Shown here in pieces: positions 1 through 64,000 of a stretch of DNA of 64,000 nucleotides. A program made the translations under genes and the position numbers. Where the stretch lies: the NCBI GenBank assembly GCA_951406725.2, contig OX597830.1, positions 59,396,001-59,460,000 of the forward strand. The letters run 5' to 3'. The notes beneath the pieces were generated by a model. It was not told the origin of the DNA. It saw only the letters and a list, made by a program, of their open reading frames with translations, and searched no databases. Source of the stretch: Octopus vulgaris (Eukaryota). Within the stretch, counting starts at the first letter, position 1, and each line of letters starts with the position of its first letter.

Positions 1-259
1 TACATGAGTGCACATGTGTCTGTGGGTGTATTTTTGTGTGTTCTTGTCTTAATATCCCATGATGATCGTAAATGAGCAACACTATTACACAAGTGACTTC
101 GTTCATTTCCTGTTTTCAAGGAAATATTACCTTATTTGGAAACAGAGGAAGGTTTGTGACAGGAAGGGCATCCAGCTGCAGAAAATCTGTCTCAACAAAT
201 TCCGCCTGACTCATGTTTGTTGGAAAAGTGGGTATTTGATGTTGATCCCAATGATGATG

Positions 260-604
260 AAGATGGATTTGTCATTCTTCTACAACTTAACCAGTGACAC
301 AAATTTATTGATATATCATAGAATTGTGTCAGTGTCTAGGCTGCAAGAGTTCAGTGAAAATTTCAAACATTTCATAGAAGGAATTACTATTAAAACACAA
401 ATATTTTTTGCATGCTTTGAAATGTTTGACAAAATTCCCTGATGATGTAATAGCTTCGGTTTCACACAATTTCAATCAAGTCTTTTTCCAAACATGAAAT
501 TCTTAAATATTCTCTTCACTCTGGCTTCATACATCTGAAGATGTGGGAGCATTCTATGCTACCTACAAAACTTTATTTAATGTGGAGCTTAGTCAACTTC
601 ACAT

Positions 605-664
<60 letters not shown>

Positions 665-1310
665 GTTAATCACTTTGCATACCTCAAAAGTGTGCTCTCC
701 ACCAAATGCAATTCTGAGCAAGATGTGGAATGAAGAATCAGTTTGGCTGGCTCAGCTTTTGGTAAACTAACCACATACTTGTGGAACTTGGTCTTTGTAT
801 CATCATGATGTAAAAAAAAACTTGAACGTTTTCATCAAGTGAAACTTTTCTCTCTTTCTTGAATATCAACTGGTTTGACTGTCTCCAATAAATTCATAAT
901 GGAAAGGGCAAATAGCCAGAGTATCAAATTCCTAATCATCAAACATTGTCTTTGATGGTCTTGTCATGAACGATTTCTTCATCAAATCCTCTTCAGCAAA
1001 CTGGGAATGGACAAAGAGGAGCTCCTCTTTGACACTATAAAAATCAGCTAAAGTCAACTCTAAAGCCGACCAGCTTCAACCCCTGGCTTTTGAGATGACC
1101 ATATCTAACCCTCCCAACTATCGACAAAACATGAACAATAATATAATATTGTTTGAAAGAGAAAGAATAAAAAAAGAAAGAGAGACAACGGTAACAGAAG
1201 ACAAGACAGCAGCAAGCACTTCCAACTCTGACTCTCACATGTGGCCAATGTGGTCATCCTACATGAGGATTAGCCTCATTAGCTATATTCACCACCAACA
1301 TTAATAGTCC
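260..1310 (+). mobile_element. Degenerate RTE-clade LINE, 3' part, interrupted by (CA)n
   Basis: Frame-broken remnants RISLAGSAFGKL, RFHQ, LFERERIKK and C-terminal RISLISYIHHQH, typical of RTE/BovB-type ORF ends. Confidence 0.55.
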
Positions 1311-1725
1311 AAATATTCATCCAAAAGAGAAGTCAATTCTTGGATTTAAGGGACAAGCTGATGATACACATACACACACACACACACATATATATATTGA
1401 GAGAGAGAGAGAGAGAGAGAGAGAAGTAGACAGAGTCTTGGCAATACAAACAGTAAAAATAGAACTCTATATACAAAGAAGACCAGTTCCCATCTACCAA
1501 ATCCACTCACAAGGCTTTGGTTGGGCCAAGACTATAGTGGAAGACACTTGCCCAGGGTGCCATGCAGTGAGACTGAACCTGGAACCATGTGGTTGGGAAG
1601 CAAAGCTTTTTATCTCACAGACATGCCTGACCAATATTTCTTTATTATTTAGTTGTAAAGCTACATAAGTGAGACTGGTGCCAACAGGTACTTCTTTGGG
1701 TTTACAGTTAATAAATGAATAAATA

Positions 1726-1769
<44 letters not shown>

Positions 1770-1884
1770 TATATGTGTGTGCATATATGCATATATATAT
1801 GTATTTGTGTATGTATTTATGTGTGTGTGTGCATGTATGTATTTATTCAATTAATAAGCATTAAACATTATTTGAGAAACTAAC

Positions 1885-63996
<62,112 letters not shown>

Positions 63997-64000
63997 CTGC

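Overview
This is AT-rich, microsatellite-dense eukaryotic (animal) genomic DNA. Its SINE/LINE repertoire looks like that of an octopod cephalopod (inference). The whole window lies inside one large minus-strand gene, which I reconstructed by hand as 24 GT-AG exons with consistent reading-frame phases (about 3.9 kb CDS, about 1,290 aa). They encode the linker (DHC_N2), AAA1, AAA2, AAA3 and the AAA3 lid of a divergent axonemal dynein heavy chain that most resembles outer-arm beta chains; both gene ends lie outside the window. All catalytic elements of the main ATPase site (AAA1) are substituted, while the frame, splice sites and AAA2/AAA3 P-loops are intact, suggesting a pseudo-enzyme dynein. 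The introns are filled with tRNA-derived SINEs, LINE fragments (RTE, L1/Tx1, R4/Dong, CR1), MITEs, Helitron-like elements and Penelope-like pieces. Several Penelope-like pieces carry minimal type I hammerhead-ribozyme motifs, including a back-to-back pair in a ~340-bp palindrome. Almost all ORFs in the supplied track are microsatellite or SINE artefacts. Coordinates were counted by hand, and repeat boundaries are approximate.
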